In this document: in pieces, positions 19,602 to 29,623 of the stretch
Layout: each line of letters starts with the position of its first letter
Numbering within the stretch: the first letter of the stretch is position 1
DNA from: a candidate division FCPU426 bacterium
GTDB lineage: Bacteria; Oederibacteriota; Muellerivitia; Muellerivitales; Muellerivitaceae
Direction of reading: 5' to 3'
DNA length: 64,000 bases
Assembly (NCBI GenBank): GCA_963738405.1
Contig: CAVTWJ010000001.1
Span: 64,001 to 128,000, forward strand
Program-made: the position numbers and the translations under genes
Notes under the pieces: generated by a model
Seen by the model: only the letters and a program-made list of their open reading frames with translations
The model's database searches: none
Told to the model about the DNA's origin: nothing

Positions 19602-19974
19602 TATTTTCATCCGGGCCGCTGGGCCGAAAATCGGCGGCGTTTTGGGCCCTTTGGTGGTGGAAGGGTTCGCGGCGGCCGTTCTTTTGGCGTTTTTTCTTTG
19701 GCGCAGATTGAACGGGTCGGTGGAGTCGGCAACTTCTTTGGGGGTGGTCTATTCCATGGCGGCCGGTTTTTGCGCCGCCGCCGGTTCGATCGGTTTTTTT
19801 ATCGTCTTCTCCAGGGGCGGGATGCTTTCAGCGGCGGGTTCCTTCGTTTTGATTGGAAGCACTTTGCTGACCATCCTTGCTGGCTTTATCCTTTTTAAAG
19901 AGCCGATCAACGCCTATCGGGTGGTGGGGATCGTATTGGGCCTAATCAGCCTTTACCTCTTGCGTATGGAATAA
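19546..19974 (+). CDS. EamA/DMT-family small transporter
   Basis: Five TM segments, ILFKEPI...GIVLG. Confidence 0.75.
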   Translation: MSSTWPFVLLTTLAFGFFNIFIRAAGPKIGGVLGPLVVEGFAAAVLLAFFLWRRLNGSVESATSLGVVYSMAAGFCAAAGSIGFFIVFSRGGMLSAAGSFVLIGSTLLTILAGFILFKEPINAYRVVGIVLGLISLYLLRME

Positions 19975-19992
19975 AAATAAAAGGCATTTGAA

Positions 19993-20586
19993 ATGGATGA
20001 AAACAAAGCAATCAGTCTCCCACCCCAATATCAAGAGATGTTGAAGGCGACCCAGGCGATTGATTTCAAAATGGGTTCGGACCTGCTTACGGGGAACTTC
20101 CTGCGAACCCTGGCCGCATCCAAACCCAAAGGGCAGTTTCTGGAAATTGGGACCGGCACGGGCTTGTCAGCCGCTTGGATATTAAACGGGATGGATTCCC
20201 AATCCGCCTTGTTGTCGGTGGATAACAACCCTGAATGGGTTTCCGTAGCGAAACAATATTTGGGTTCGGATCCCCGGCTGACGATTCACCTGGGGGATGC
20301 CGGAGAAATGATTAAATCTTTAACGGGTCTCAAATATGATTTTATTTTCGCCGATTCATTCCCCGGAAAATATAACACCCTGGAAGAAACGCTTCGGTTG
20401 GTGGCTCCCGGCGGGTTTTATGTGGTGGATGACATGCTTCCTCAGCCCAGTTGGCCTGAAGGCCACCAACAAAAGGTTGACGAATTACTGATGAAATTAG
20501 AAGCGTTGGATGATTTTCAAGTCTGTAAGATGAATTGGTCCACCGGGTTGGTGCTCTGCACCCGCAAAAAGGAAGAAGCGATATGA
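19993..20586 (+). CDS. Class I SAM-dependent O-methyltransferase
   Basis: LEIGTGTGLS, YDFIFAD, GGFYVVDD. Confidence 0.9.
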   Translation: MDENKAISLPPQYQEMLKATQAIDFKMGSDLLTGNFLRTLAASKPKGQFLEIGTGTGLSAAWILNGMDSQSALLSVDNNPEWVSVAKQYLGSDPRLTIHLGDAGEMIKSLTGLKYDFIFADSFPGKYNTLEETLRLVAPGGFYVVDDMLPQPSWPEGHQQKVDELLMKLEALDDFQVCKMNWSTGLVLCTRKKEEAI

Positions 20587-20876
20587 AATCCATAGGTCTT
20601 ATTGCCGTAGGGTATTTGATTGCTACGCCCCATGTGTTCTATGCCTGGCGTGATTTGCTCTGGTCGAAAGGTAAAAAGAGCCCGAAAGATCGCCGAAACC
20701 TCTACTGGAACGCCGGCTTGACCACTCTTTTGCTTCTGCTATTGGTGGGTTTGACCGTTGAGACTTTTCAAAACGAATTTTCACTCGTTTGGTGCCTTAC
20801 GCTCGCGTCCATCGTTGCCCTTTTCCTTTTTTGGTCCAATAGCTATATGCCCCGATCGGGAGGGGGGCGGGCATGA
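20583..20876 (+). CDS. Small membrane protein
   Basis: ATGA overlaps at both ends; three hydrophobic segments. Confidence 0.55.
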   Translation: MKSIGLIAVGYLIATPHVFYAWRDLLWSKGKKSPKDRRNLYWNAGLTTLLLLLLVGLTVETFQNEFSLVWCLTLASIVALFLFWSNSYMPRSGGGRA

Positions 20877-21241
20877 TTCAAACCAAACGGATTTATTCGG
20901 AGCCCCAAGCCAAGGATGGAAAACGCTTCTTGGTGGACCGGCTTTGGCCCAGGGGAATCAAAAAGGAAAAAGCCGCCTTGGCGGGCTGGGTCAGGGAAAT
21001 CGCCCCCAGCGCGGGTTTGAGGAAATGGTTCGGCCATGATCCTGAAAAATGGAAGGAATTCCAAAAGCGTTATGCCCGGGAATTGGACTCCCAACCAGAA
21101 GCCCTCAAGCCCCTCCTGCAGGCGGCCCAAAGGGGCGCTTTGACCCTTTTATTCGCCGCCAAGGACGTCGAACACAACAACGCCGTGGTCCTTCAGCGAT
21201 ATTTGAAAGCCCGGATGGGGCGGGTGAAAACGGCAAGGTGA
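20873..21241 (+). CDS. DUF488/YeaO-family protein
   Basis: KRIY, LVDRLWPRG, IAPSAGLRKWFGH, HNNAVVL. Confidence 0.9.
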   Translation: MIQTKRIYSEPQAKDGKRFLVDRLWPRGIKKEKAALAGWVREIAPSAGLRKWFGHDPEKWKEFQKRYARELDSQPEALKPLLQAAQRGALTLLFAAKDVEHNNAVVLQRYLKARMGRVKTAR

Positions 21242-21248
21242 AAGATCG

Positions 21249-21506
21249 ATGAAAATCAAAAAGGCGTTGTCGGCATTCGGCTTGACGATATTCATTTTTG
21301 GCCTTTATGCCGTTTATCTTTGGAAAATAACCTCCAGAATGATTTTGGGTCCGAACCCGGCGACGTCTTATTTGATATTTCACACTTCCGGGCTGGCCAT
21401 TGGTTTCTTTCTGTGTTTCTTTATCCTTTATTTTTCGCTTGGGCTTGTTGAAAAATACCGCGCGGGTAGAAAATTTAAGAATAAACCACGCCGAGGTATC
21501 CCTTGA
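21249..21506 (+). CDS. Small membrane protein
   Basis: Two TM segments; co-oriented with neighbours. Confidence 0.5.
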   Translation: MKIKKALSAFGLTIFIFGLYAVYLWKITSRMILGPNPATSYLIFHTSGLAIGFFLCFFILYFSLGLVEKYRAGRKFKNKPRRGIP

Positions 21507-21602
21507 GCCGGCTTGACGACGCGCGCGGAGAACCGCGCGAACGGGACGGCCAAGGCATCCGGAAAATACCCCGTTTTGTGGAACCCTTGGGGGTGTAATC
21601 GC

Positions 21603-22199
21603 ATGAGAAAAATAATCGTTTTATCCATGATGACGTTGGATGGGGTCATGCAGGCGCCTGGCGGGCCGAAGGAAGATCCATTGGGTGGGTTCAAATATGG
21701 CGGTTGGACCGCGCCTTATGGCGATGAAGTGGGCGGCAAGGTGGTGCAAGAAGAGCTGAAACAACCCGCGGATTATCTTTTGGGCAGAAAGACGTTTGAA
21801 ATTTGGGCCCCTTACTGGCCTCAACACGCGGATTTTTGGCCGGGAATCAACAATGGCACCAAGTACGTCCTGTCCAAGACCCTTAAAAAGACGGATTGGA
21901 AAAACACAGTTTTCCTCAAAAGCCTAGCGGATATCAAAAAGGTCAAAAAATCAAAAGGCCCTGACATTCAAGTTTGGGGCAGCAGCGAACTGATTCAATT
22001 GTTGTTGAAGAATGATTTAGTGGACGAACTCCGGCTCAAAATTTACCCATTGATCCTGGGTAAAGGAAAAAAGTTGTTTGCTGGTGGCGCGGTTCCGGCG
22101 GCCTTTAGGTTAACAAAGAGTTTGGTTACGCCGACCGGTGTGATCATTGCCGCTTACAAGCGATCTGGAAAAGTCAAAACAGGGACCATTGGAAGTTGA
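21603..22199 (+). CDS. Dihydrofolate reductase/RibD C-terminal family protein
   Basis: MTLDGVMQAPGG, LLGRKTF, GSSELIQ, LVDELRL..YPLILGKG. Confidence 0.9.
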   Translation: MRKIIVLSMMTLDGVMQAPGGPKEDPLGGFKYGGWTAPYGDEVGGKVVQEELKQPADYLLGRKTFEIWAPYWPQHADFWPGINNGTKYVLSKTLKKTDWKNTVFLKSLADIKKVKKSKGPDIQVWGSSELIQLLLKNDLVDELRLKIYPLILGKGKKLFAGGAVPAAFRLTKSLVTPTGVIIAAYKRSGKVKTGTIGS

Positions 22200-22221
22200 G
22201 GCCGCAAAGGGGAGGAAGGAC

Positions 22222-22776
22222 ATGAGAAAACTAATCGCGTGTATCAATATGACGCTCGACGGGTTTTGCGACCACACGGCGATGGTCCCGAGCGATGAAG
22301 GAATGGTCTTTTTCAATAACCTGTTGCGCAACGCGGACACCCTTCTGTACGGAAGGATCACCTATCAACTGATGGAAGATTACTGGCCGAAAATGGTAAA
22401 AACCCCGTCAGGGGACAAACTGGACGATGAATTCGCGGTACTCATCGACAATATTAAAAAGATCGTTTTTTCGCGTACCTTGCAAAAGGTTGACTGGAAA
22501 AACTCGATATTGAAAAAGGAAGTTGTTAAAGAAGAGGTTTTGGAACTCAAGAGACAAGCGAGCAAAAACATTTTGGCTGGCAGCCCCAGTTTAATCGTAG
22601 CGTTGGCCCGGCTTGGCTTAGTGGATGAATTTCAGCTTGTTGTTCATCCGGTTATTTTAGGTGGCGGCTTACCCTTGTTTAAAAACATCAGGGATAGGAT
22701 TGATCTTAAGCTCTTAAAAACAAAAACATTAAGTAGCGGCGCGGTGGTTTTTTACTATGAGCCAGTAAAAAAATGA
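22222..22776 (+). CDS. Dihydrofolate reductase/RibD C-terminal family protein (second copy)
   Basis: MTLDGF, LYGRITY, GSPSL, LVDEFQL..HPVILGGG.PLF. Confidence 0.9.
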   Translation: MRKLIACINMTLDGFCDHTAMVPSDEGMVFFNNLLRNADTLLYGRITYQLMEDYWPKMVKTPSGDKLDDEFAVLIDNIKKIVFSRTLQKVDWKNSILKKEVVKEEVLELKRQASKNILAGSPSLIVALARLGLVDEFQLVVHPVILGGGLPLFKNIRDRIDLKLLKTKTLSSGAVVFYYEPVKK

Positions 22777-22862
22777 GTGCATAAGATGGGAAGTTTTCCG
22801 GGAATAGTTGTCCACGACTTGGTTAGGGGTTCTTAACTTCTTAAGGACATTTCTTACGCCGC

Positions 22863-25139
22863 TTACCGCAAAACGAGAATTTTATAGATTTTCACCGTCT
22901 GGGTTCCCCCCGCTTGGGCCGTGAGCTTTAGGTAATAGACCCCGTTGGAAACGCTATGGCCCCCTTTATCGGACAAGTTCCAGGCAAAGGCGTTGTTCCC
23001 GAAAACGGATTGGGAGCCGCCCGCGACTTTACGGAAAGCCAGGGAGAAAACCTCCCAGGTAAAGGTTATCGGGCTGGGTGCGCTCACTTCAAAGCTGACA
23101 GGCCCCGCGTTCTGGATCGGGTTGGGGTAAGGGGCGCTCAGCGTTATTCCCAATATGACCGGAGTGGAGGTGGGGGAGAGGGTCACCGTAAAGGTCGCCG
23201 TGGGGGGGAGGGTGTTCGTCGGGGAAAAAGTGGGGGTGGGGGTTTTCGTAACCGTGGGCGTTGGGGTGGAAGAAGGTGTAGAGGTGATCGTGGGAGTCAG
23301 CGTAATGGTCGGGCTCAACGTAATGGTTGGGGTCGAGGTAATGGTGGGGGTCGGTGTGATGGTGAAGGTGTTGGAGGGGGTGTAGCTTTGGGTCGGGGTG
23401 TTGGTGATAAGGCAGGTCGGGAAAGTGGATATCTCGATGGCCGCGAATTCGGCGTTGTTTGCCGAGGCGTTAGCGACGATATCGATCAAGCCTCCCGAGA
23501 CGGTCACGGGAAAGGCGTGGTTATCGGCGGCGTATTCCCCGACCTCTGAATAAATGTCGAAGTTCGGCAGCACGTTCACGCCGTTGATGGCCACGTTGAA
23601 GACCCGGCATGCCGGGGCGGTACAGTAAATATCGACATTTTTCAAAGCCACCAGATAGGTCCCGTTGGGAACGGTGAACTTGTATTCCAGGGTGGCGGCG
23701 TAACGTTCCGTCTTGTAGAGGTTCTGCTGGGAGCCCGCGTTGGCGATGGGGCTGGTGGTGGTCCCGATGTTGCCGGCGCTCACGTAGCCGAAGCTCCCCG
23801 CCGCGTAGGCCTGGTCCGCCACCCAGGTCACCCCACCGAGGATGTATTGCGGCCCGCCGCAATTGATGGCCGCCACCACTTGGGAGCAGGGATTGACCGT
23901 CGGAGTCGCGGTGGGGGTGTAGGTCACGGTCGGGGTATTCGAGGGGGTGGAGGTGGGCGTGACCGTATCCGAGGGGTTGTGGGTGGGGGTGGGAGTGCCG
24001 GTGTTCGCCGGGGTGGCGATACAGGTGGGAACGGGCGTCTGCAGGAAATTTCGTACGTCGGTCCCCCAGCTGGTCGGCGTCCAGCTGAAATCCGAAACCA
24101 GGTCGGGGCAGGAGCCGGGATACATGCACCAAGCCGTGGATCCTACGATCCCGCTGGTGTTCATCAGGTAGCTGAAAAAACCGCTATCGAAAGCGGAAAT
24201 GTCCCCCGGATCGGGCGGGCAGGTGCCATCGGGCCCGTATTCCCCCACGAGGACCGGGTAGTTGGACAGGAAGGCGGGCGGAATTTCCTGATCCCAATTG
24301 CCCTGGGAGGTCCCGTCGTTGGTCCCGTAGATATGGGCCGCGAACATCACCCCGGCCCCCTGGTTGGTCAGGGAGCCTGCGGGCAGGCCGTCCAGGTTGG
24401 CGCACCAATGCAGGCCCCCCATCAGGCAGACGTTGGTGGCCCCCGCCCCCCGCACAGCGTTCAGGAGCGCCTGCATTCCCGGCGTGGAGAAGGAAGCTCC
24501 GCCCAGGGTCCCGCCATTGAGCCAGGTGTTGTAACCCGCGGTGTCGACCGTTCCCGGATTGTCGTTGCCGGAGTCATACGGCTCGTTGTAAAGGTCGAAG
24601 ACCACGGCGGGATTGTTGGCGAATACGCCCCCCAACGAGCTCCAAAAAGTTACCGCGTTCTGGTCCGCCATGGGCTGTTGTTTCGTGTTGGCGGCGTTTC
24701 CCCAGCCGGCCCCGCAGGGAGCCGTGGGCGAGGAAGAGGTTCCCGACCAGTGCAGGTCGAGGAGGACATAGGCGCCCTGCCCCGAGCAGTAGTTGACGAC
24801 GTTGTTCACCAAGGTCCGGTAATTGGTCCCGTTGGTGTCGCCGTCCCCGCACCCGAACCAATAATCCTGGTTCAAGGGCAGGCGGATGATGTTGCATTTC
24901 CAGGTGCCCACCGCCTCGGTCACCATGTTCAACATCTGCCCACTTCCTGTGTTGGAAAATTCGAGCCCGTCCGCGTCCACGCCCCTGAGGATTGTGCAGG
25001 AGCCGCCGAAGGAAAGGGTGTTTCCCACGACCGTCATAACCGACGGTTGGGCCTGCAAATGTTGGGCGCAAAGTATCCCGAAGGCGAGGGCGAAAAGGGC
25101 GGGGGTACGCCGGAAAGACGAGGATTGAATCAAGGACAT
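22863..25139 (-). CDS. Secreted GH5 endoglucanase-like enzyme with Pro/Thr linkers, malectin domain and C-terminal YPNP (T9SS-CTD/FlgD-Ig-like) domain
   Basis: IIRLPL, LDLHW, LYNEP (acid/base), VGEYG (nucleophile); AINCGG...LYKTERY malectin; TPT repeats; APYPNP...WNL.D..G..VSNGVYY. Confidence 0.88.
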   Translation of the reverse strand: MSLIQSSSFRRTPALFALAFGILCAQHLQAQPSVMTVVGNTLSFGGSCTILRGVDADGLEFSNTGSGQMLNMVTEAVGTWKCNIIRLPLNQDYWFGCGDGDTNGTNYRTLVNNVVNYCSGQGAYVLLDLHWSGTSSSPTAPCGAGWGNAANTKQQPMADQNAVTFWSSLGGVFANNPAVVFDLYNEPYDSGNDNPGTVDTAGYNTWLNGGTLGGASFSTPGMQALLNAVRGAGATNVCLMGGLHWCANLDGLPAGSLTNQGAGVMFAAHIYGTNDGTSQGNWDQEIPPAFLSNYPVLVGEYGPDGTCPPDPGDISAFDSGFFSYLMNTSGIVGSTAWCMYPGSCPDLVSDFSWTPTSWGTDVRNFLQTPVPTCIATPANTGTPTPTHNPSDTVTPTSTPSNTPTVTYTPTATPTVNPCSQVVAAINCGGPQYILGGVTWVADQAYAAGSFGYVSAGNIGTTTSPIANAGSQQNLYKTERYAATLEYKFTVPNGTYLVALKNVDIYCTAPACRVFNVAINGVNVLPNFDIYSEVGEYAADNHAFPVTVSGGLIDIVANASANNAEFAAIEISTFPTCLITNTPTQSYTPSNTFTITPTPTITSTPTITLSPTITLTPTITSTPSSTPTPTVTKTPTPTFSPTNTLPPTATFTVTLSPTSTPVILGITLSAPYPNPIQNAGPVSFEVSAPSPITFTWEVFSLAFRKVAGGSQSVFGNNAFAWNLSDKGGHSVSNGVYYLKLTAQAGGTQTVKIYKILVLR

Positions 25140-25476
25140 GTTGTTTTTTTTATACTTTCGTAATGATCTTTTTCCCTATTCACATTTGAGGCACGCAAAA
25201 AAAAGGAAGCCCATTCAATAGGTTCCGGGGAGAAGCTTCATCCGCTTTTTGGGGTCGGTTATGGAAGCAACACATTACACTTTAAGCTTAATATGGATGC
25301 CCCGGAAAAAATAAAAGGGCTTTCATGAACCACGCATTGCGGCGTGAAGCGGGGACCGTTCGCCCAAATATTTTGATCCGCGACATGAATCACTCGAAAG
25401 GAGCTATGAAACCGCTTTTTATAAAAGATTTGTGGTAAGAAAATAGGTAATATCGACAAAAATATGGAAATTAAAC

Positions 25477-25513
25477 GCGGGATTTACTGTCCGTGACGGG
25501 GTCCCGCAATGAC
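25477..25513 (-). repeat. REP-like palindromic element (GTCATTGCG family half-site)
   Basis: GCGGGAT..CTGTC-CGT-GACGG..GTCCCGCAATGAC; its reverse complement starts GTCATTGCG, as at 45412. Confidence 0.45.
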
Positions 25514-25543
25514 GCACAAGATCAAAAATAAATAACACCGAGG

Positions 25544-26704
25544 TTGCCCTTGAGCTGGCTTGACGACATGCATGAAGAACTACACGAACTGGACGCCCAG
25601 GGACTGCGCCGGAAGCTCCGCCTGGTGGAGCCTTTGGGGGGCATGAAGGCCTCCATCGGGGGCAAGGATTGCGTCCTCTTTTGCACCAATAACTATTTGG
25701 GCTTGGCGGACCATCCCAAAGTTTTGGAAAGGTCCCAAAGGGCGCTGGTGCGCTATGGGGCCTCGGCTCAGGCCTCCCGCCTCGTTTCGGGGAACTTTCC
25801 GATCCATCTCCAACTCGAAGAAATCACCGCCCTCTTCAAGGGCGCGGAAGCCTGCCTGGCCTTTCCCTCGGGCTACATGGCCAACCTGGCCGCCATCACC
25901 GCGATGGTGGAAGGGGAGGATGTCGTCCTTTGTGACCGCTTAAACCACGCCAGCCTAATCGACGCTTGCCGTATGTCGAAGGCCAAATTTCTCGTTTACG
26001 AGCATCTAAATCTGGACGATTTAAAGAAGCAGTTGGAAAGATCTACCAAATTCCGCCGCAAGCTCATCGTGACGGACGCCATGTTCAGTATGGATGGGGA
26101 CTTGGTTCCGCTTCTCAAGGTCACCAACCTGGCCCACGAATACGACGCCATGGTGATGGTGGATGACGCCCACGGCACAGGCGTTTTGGGCCCAACCGGG
26201 CAGGGGATTACCCACCATTTTCCCCTGAAACATTACCCCCAGGTGGTTATGGGCACCTACAGCAAGGCCCTGGGAAGCATGGGCGGGTTTGTCTGCGGGC
26301 CCAAGCTATTCATCGAATCCATGATCAATCACGCTCGAACCTTCATATATACAACAGGCCTGGCGCCTTCGGTTTGCGGGGCATCCTTGGGCGCCTTGGA
26401 AGTGCTTCAGCAGGAACCGGAGAGGGTCGAGAAGGTTTGGGATAACTCCAAAAAGATCCGCGATGGCCTCAGGGCCATGGGGCACGAAATTCCCCGAGGC
26501 GCCGGGCCCATCATGCCGATCATCGTGGGGGATAACGCGGAAGCCGTGAAGATGTCGGAGAAGCTGTTGGAAGAAGGTATTTTGGTGGTGGCCATCCGCC
26601 CGCCCACAGTGCCGAAAGGAACGGCTAGGCTTAGGCTTTCGGTTTCGGCAGCCCATACGGACGCGGATATTGAGAAGTTGTTTAACGCTTTTAAAAAGCT
26701 CTAA
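25544..26704 (+). CDS. bioF: 8-amino-7-oxononanoate synthase
   Basis: NNYLGLA, SRLVSG, SGYMAN, DRLNHAS, DDAHG, GTYSKALG (PLP Lys), AIRPPTVP. Confidence 0.93.
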   Translation: MPLSWLDDMHEELHELDAQGLRRKLRLVEPLGGMKASIGGKDCVLFCTNNYLGLADHPKVLERSQRALVRYGASAQASRLVSGNFPIHLQLEEITALFKGAEACLAFPSGYMANLAAITAMVEGEDVVLCDRLNHASLIDACRMSKAKFLVYEHLNLDDLKKQLERSTKFRRKLIVTDAMFSMDGDLVPLLKVTNLAHEYDAMVMVDDAHGTGVLGPTGQGITHHFPLKHYPQVVMGTYSKALGSMGGFVCGPKLFIESMINHARTFIYTTGLAPSVCGASLGALEVLQQEPERVEKVWDNSKKIRDGLRAMGHEIPRGAGPIMPIIVGDNAEAVKMSEKLLEEGILVVAIRPPTVPKGTARLRLSVSAAHTDADIEKLFNAFKKL

Positions 26705-26712
26705 TGGCATAA

Positions 26713-26750
26713 TTGACATATTTATGCATTGAGAATATGCTTTTATGCAT
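26713..26750 (+). promoter_or_regulatory. vapBC promoter/operator, probably leaderless
   Basis: TTGACA-17 nt-TATGCT ending 7 nt before ATG 26749; TTTATGCAT repeated at 26721 and 26742. Confidence 0.7.
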
Positions 26751-26986
26751 GAGAACAACTTTACAAATAAATGACCAGATTTATCACAAAGCGAAACAAT
26801 TGGCCGCCAAAACCCATAGGACTTTGACGGCGGTCATTGAGGACGCTTTGCGGGAGACCATTTCACGCCGGGCCGTATTGCACCCCAAAAGTTCGCGTAT
26901 CAAGCTTCCGATATTTGACGGAAAGGGCCTGCAGCCTGGGGTTGACTTGGATGATAACAGCGCGCTTTTAGACCTTATGGATTCAC

Positions 26987-27006
<20 letters not shown>
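26749..27006 (+). CDS. vapB: RHH/CopG-type antitoxin
   Basis: MRTTLQIND...AK..A.....TLTAVIEDALR...PGVDLDD; directly before a PIN toxin. Confidence 0.85.
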
Positions 27007-28095
<1,089 letters not shown>

Positions 28096-28135
28096 ATCCT
28101 TAACAACTACACGGGGCGAATGGAAAGGGGAGATT

Positions 28136-28873
28136 ATGGCCAAGATCAAGACTTACAAGGGATTGAAGAACTATAAGGTGGCGGGTGAAAAGGAATGGCT
28201 GGCGGCCCGCAAGGCGCTTCTCCTCAAGGAAAAGAAATTCACCAAAGCGCGCGACGCGGTGAACGCCGAAAGGCGCAAGCTTCCCTGGGTGTTGGTGGAT
28301 AAAGATTACGTCTTCGACGGTCCGCAGGGTAAAGAAAGCCTATCCGAGCTCTTCGGTAAAAAAAGCCAGCTCATCGTTTGGCATTTCATGTTCGGCCCCG
28401 ATTGGAAAGAAGGCTGTACCCACTGCTCCCTCTGGGCGGATAGCTTTAACGGCAACATTGTCCATCTAGCCGCTCGGGATATCACCATGCTGGCCATTTC
28501 GCGGGCGCCCCTCAAAAAAATCGAACCCTTCAAGAAACGCATGGGTTGGGATTTTAAATGGGTTTCGTCCTTCAATACCGATTTCAACTACGATTACCAG
28601 GCTTCCTTCAGCAAAGAAGATTTCAAAAAGGGCAAGGCCGTCTATAACTACAAGGTCATCAAGCCTTTTTCAGATGAACTGCACGGAGTCAGCGTTTTCG
28701 CCAAGGACACCAAGGGCGATGTCTACCATACCTATTCCACCTATGCCCGGGGCGTGGACCCGCTCAATATTACCTACCAGTATGCTGATCTGGCCCCCAA
28801 GGGCCGCGACGAAGATATGACTTCCAACTTTCCATCCGGCTGGGTGAACTACCACGACAAGTACCCTAAGTAA
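28136..28873 (+). CDS. DUF899 thioredoxin-like protein, copy 1
   Basis: EWLAARK.LL.KEK, LPW, GCTHCS, HTYSTYARG, P.GRDE. Confidence 0.88.
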   Translation: MAKIKTYKGLKNYKVAGEKEWLAARKALLLKEKKFTKARDAVNAERRKLPWVLVDKDYVFDGPQGKESLSELFGKKSQLIVWHFMFGPDWKEGCTHCSLWADSFNGNIVHLAARDITMLAISRAPLKKIEPFKKRMGWDFKWVSSFNTDFNYDYQASFSKEDFKKGKAVYNYKVIKPFSDELHGVSVFAKDTKGDVYHTYSTYARGVDPLNITYQYADLAPKGRDEDMTSNFPSGWVNYHDKYPK

Positions 28874-28888
28874 GCGAAAGGACCGGAC

Positions 28889-29623
28889 ATGGCCAAGATC
28901 AAGACGAATTCGGGTGTGAAGAATTACAAGGTGGTCGGTGAAAAACAATGGCTGGCGGCCCGCAAGGCGCTCCTCCTCAAGGAAAAGAAGCTCACGAAAC
29001 TGCGGGACGCCGTGAGCGCCGAAAGGCGCAAACTGCCCTGGCGGCTGGTGGAAAAGGCCTATGTTTTCGACGGCCCCAACGGCAAAGAAACCCTGTCGGA
29101 TCTTTTTGGCGGTAAAAGCCAGTTGGTGATCTGGCATTTCATGCTCGGCCCCAACATGAAGGATGGATGTACAGGCTGTTCCTTCTGGGCGGATAGTTTC
29201 AACGGCAACATCCCCCACCTGGCGGCCCGGGATATCCGGATGATGGCCGTTTCCCGCGCGACCATGAAAAAGATCGTGGGTTTCAAGAAACGCATGGGCT
29301 GGAGCTTCCATTGGGTCTCTTCCCACAACAACGACTTTAATGTCGACTACCAAGTCTCCTCCACCCGCGAGGAATTCAAAAAGGGCAAGGGGGTCTATAA
29401 CTACGAAAAGGCCGCGCCCAATGACGAAATGCCGGGGGTCAGCGTTTTCGCCAAGGACACCGAAGGCGTCATCTTCCACACCTATTCCACCTACGCCCGC
29501 GGCATGGACCCTCTCAACGCCGGTTACCAATATATCGACCTTACCCCCAAGGGCCGCGACGAGTACGGGCACAAGAACCAACCCGGGGAATGGTTCCGCC
29601 ATCACGACAAATACCCCAAATAA
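28889..29623 (+). CDS. DUF899 thioredoxin-like protein, copy 2
   Basis: Close tandem paralogue with GCTGCS. Confidence 0.88.
   Translation: MAKIKTNSGVKNYKVVGEKQWLAARKALLLKEKKLTKLRDAVSAERRKLPWRLVEKAYVFDGPNGKETLSDLFGGKSQLVIWHFMLGPNMKDGCTGCSFWADSFNGNIPHLAARDIRMMAVSRATMKKIVGFKKRMGWSFHWVSSHNNDFNVDYQVSSTREEFKKGKGVYNYEKAAPNDEMPGVSVFAKDTEGVIFHTYSTYARGMDPLNAGYQYIDLTPKGRDEYGHKNQPGEWFRHHDKYPK

Noticed and set aside
23155..23410. Periodic GGTGGGGGT-like DNA resembling a tandem array or CRISPR
   Set aside because: Encodes the TPT linker; no constant repeat with unique spacers and no cas genes
23847..25163. 438-aa plus-strand ORF, plus Gly/Arg-rich ORFs at 22956-23549
   Set aside because: Antisense to the GH5 gene and its Thr/Pro linkers
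25140..25543. BirA operator or riboswitch upstream of bioF (also checked 60064-60235 for bioA)
   Set aside because: No TGTAAAC-N14/16-GTTTACA-like dyad or recognisable riboswitch consensus found by eye
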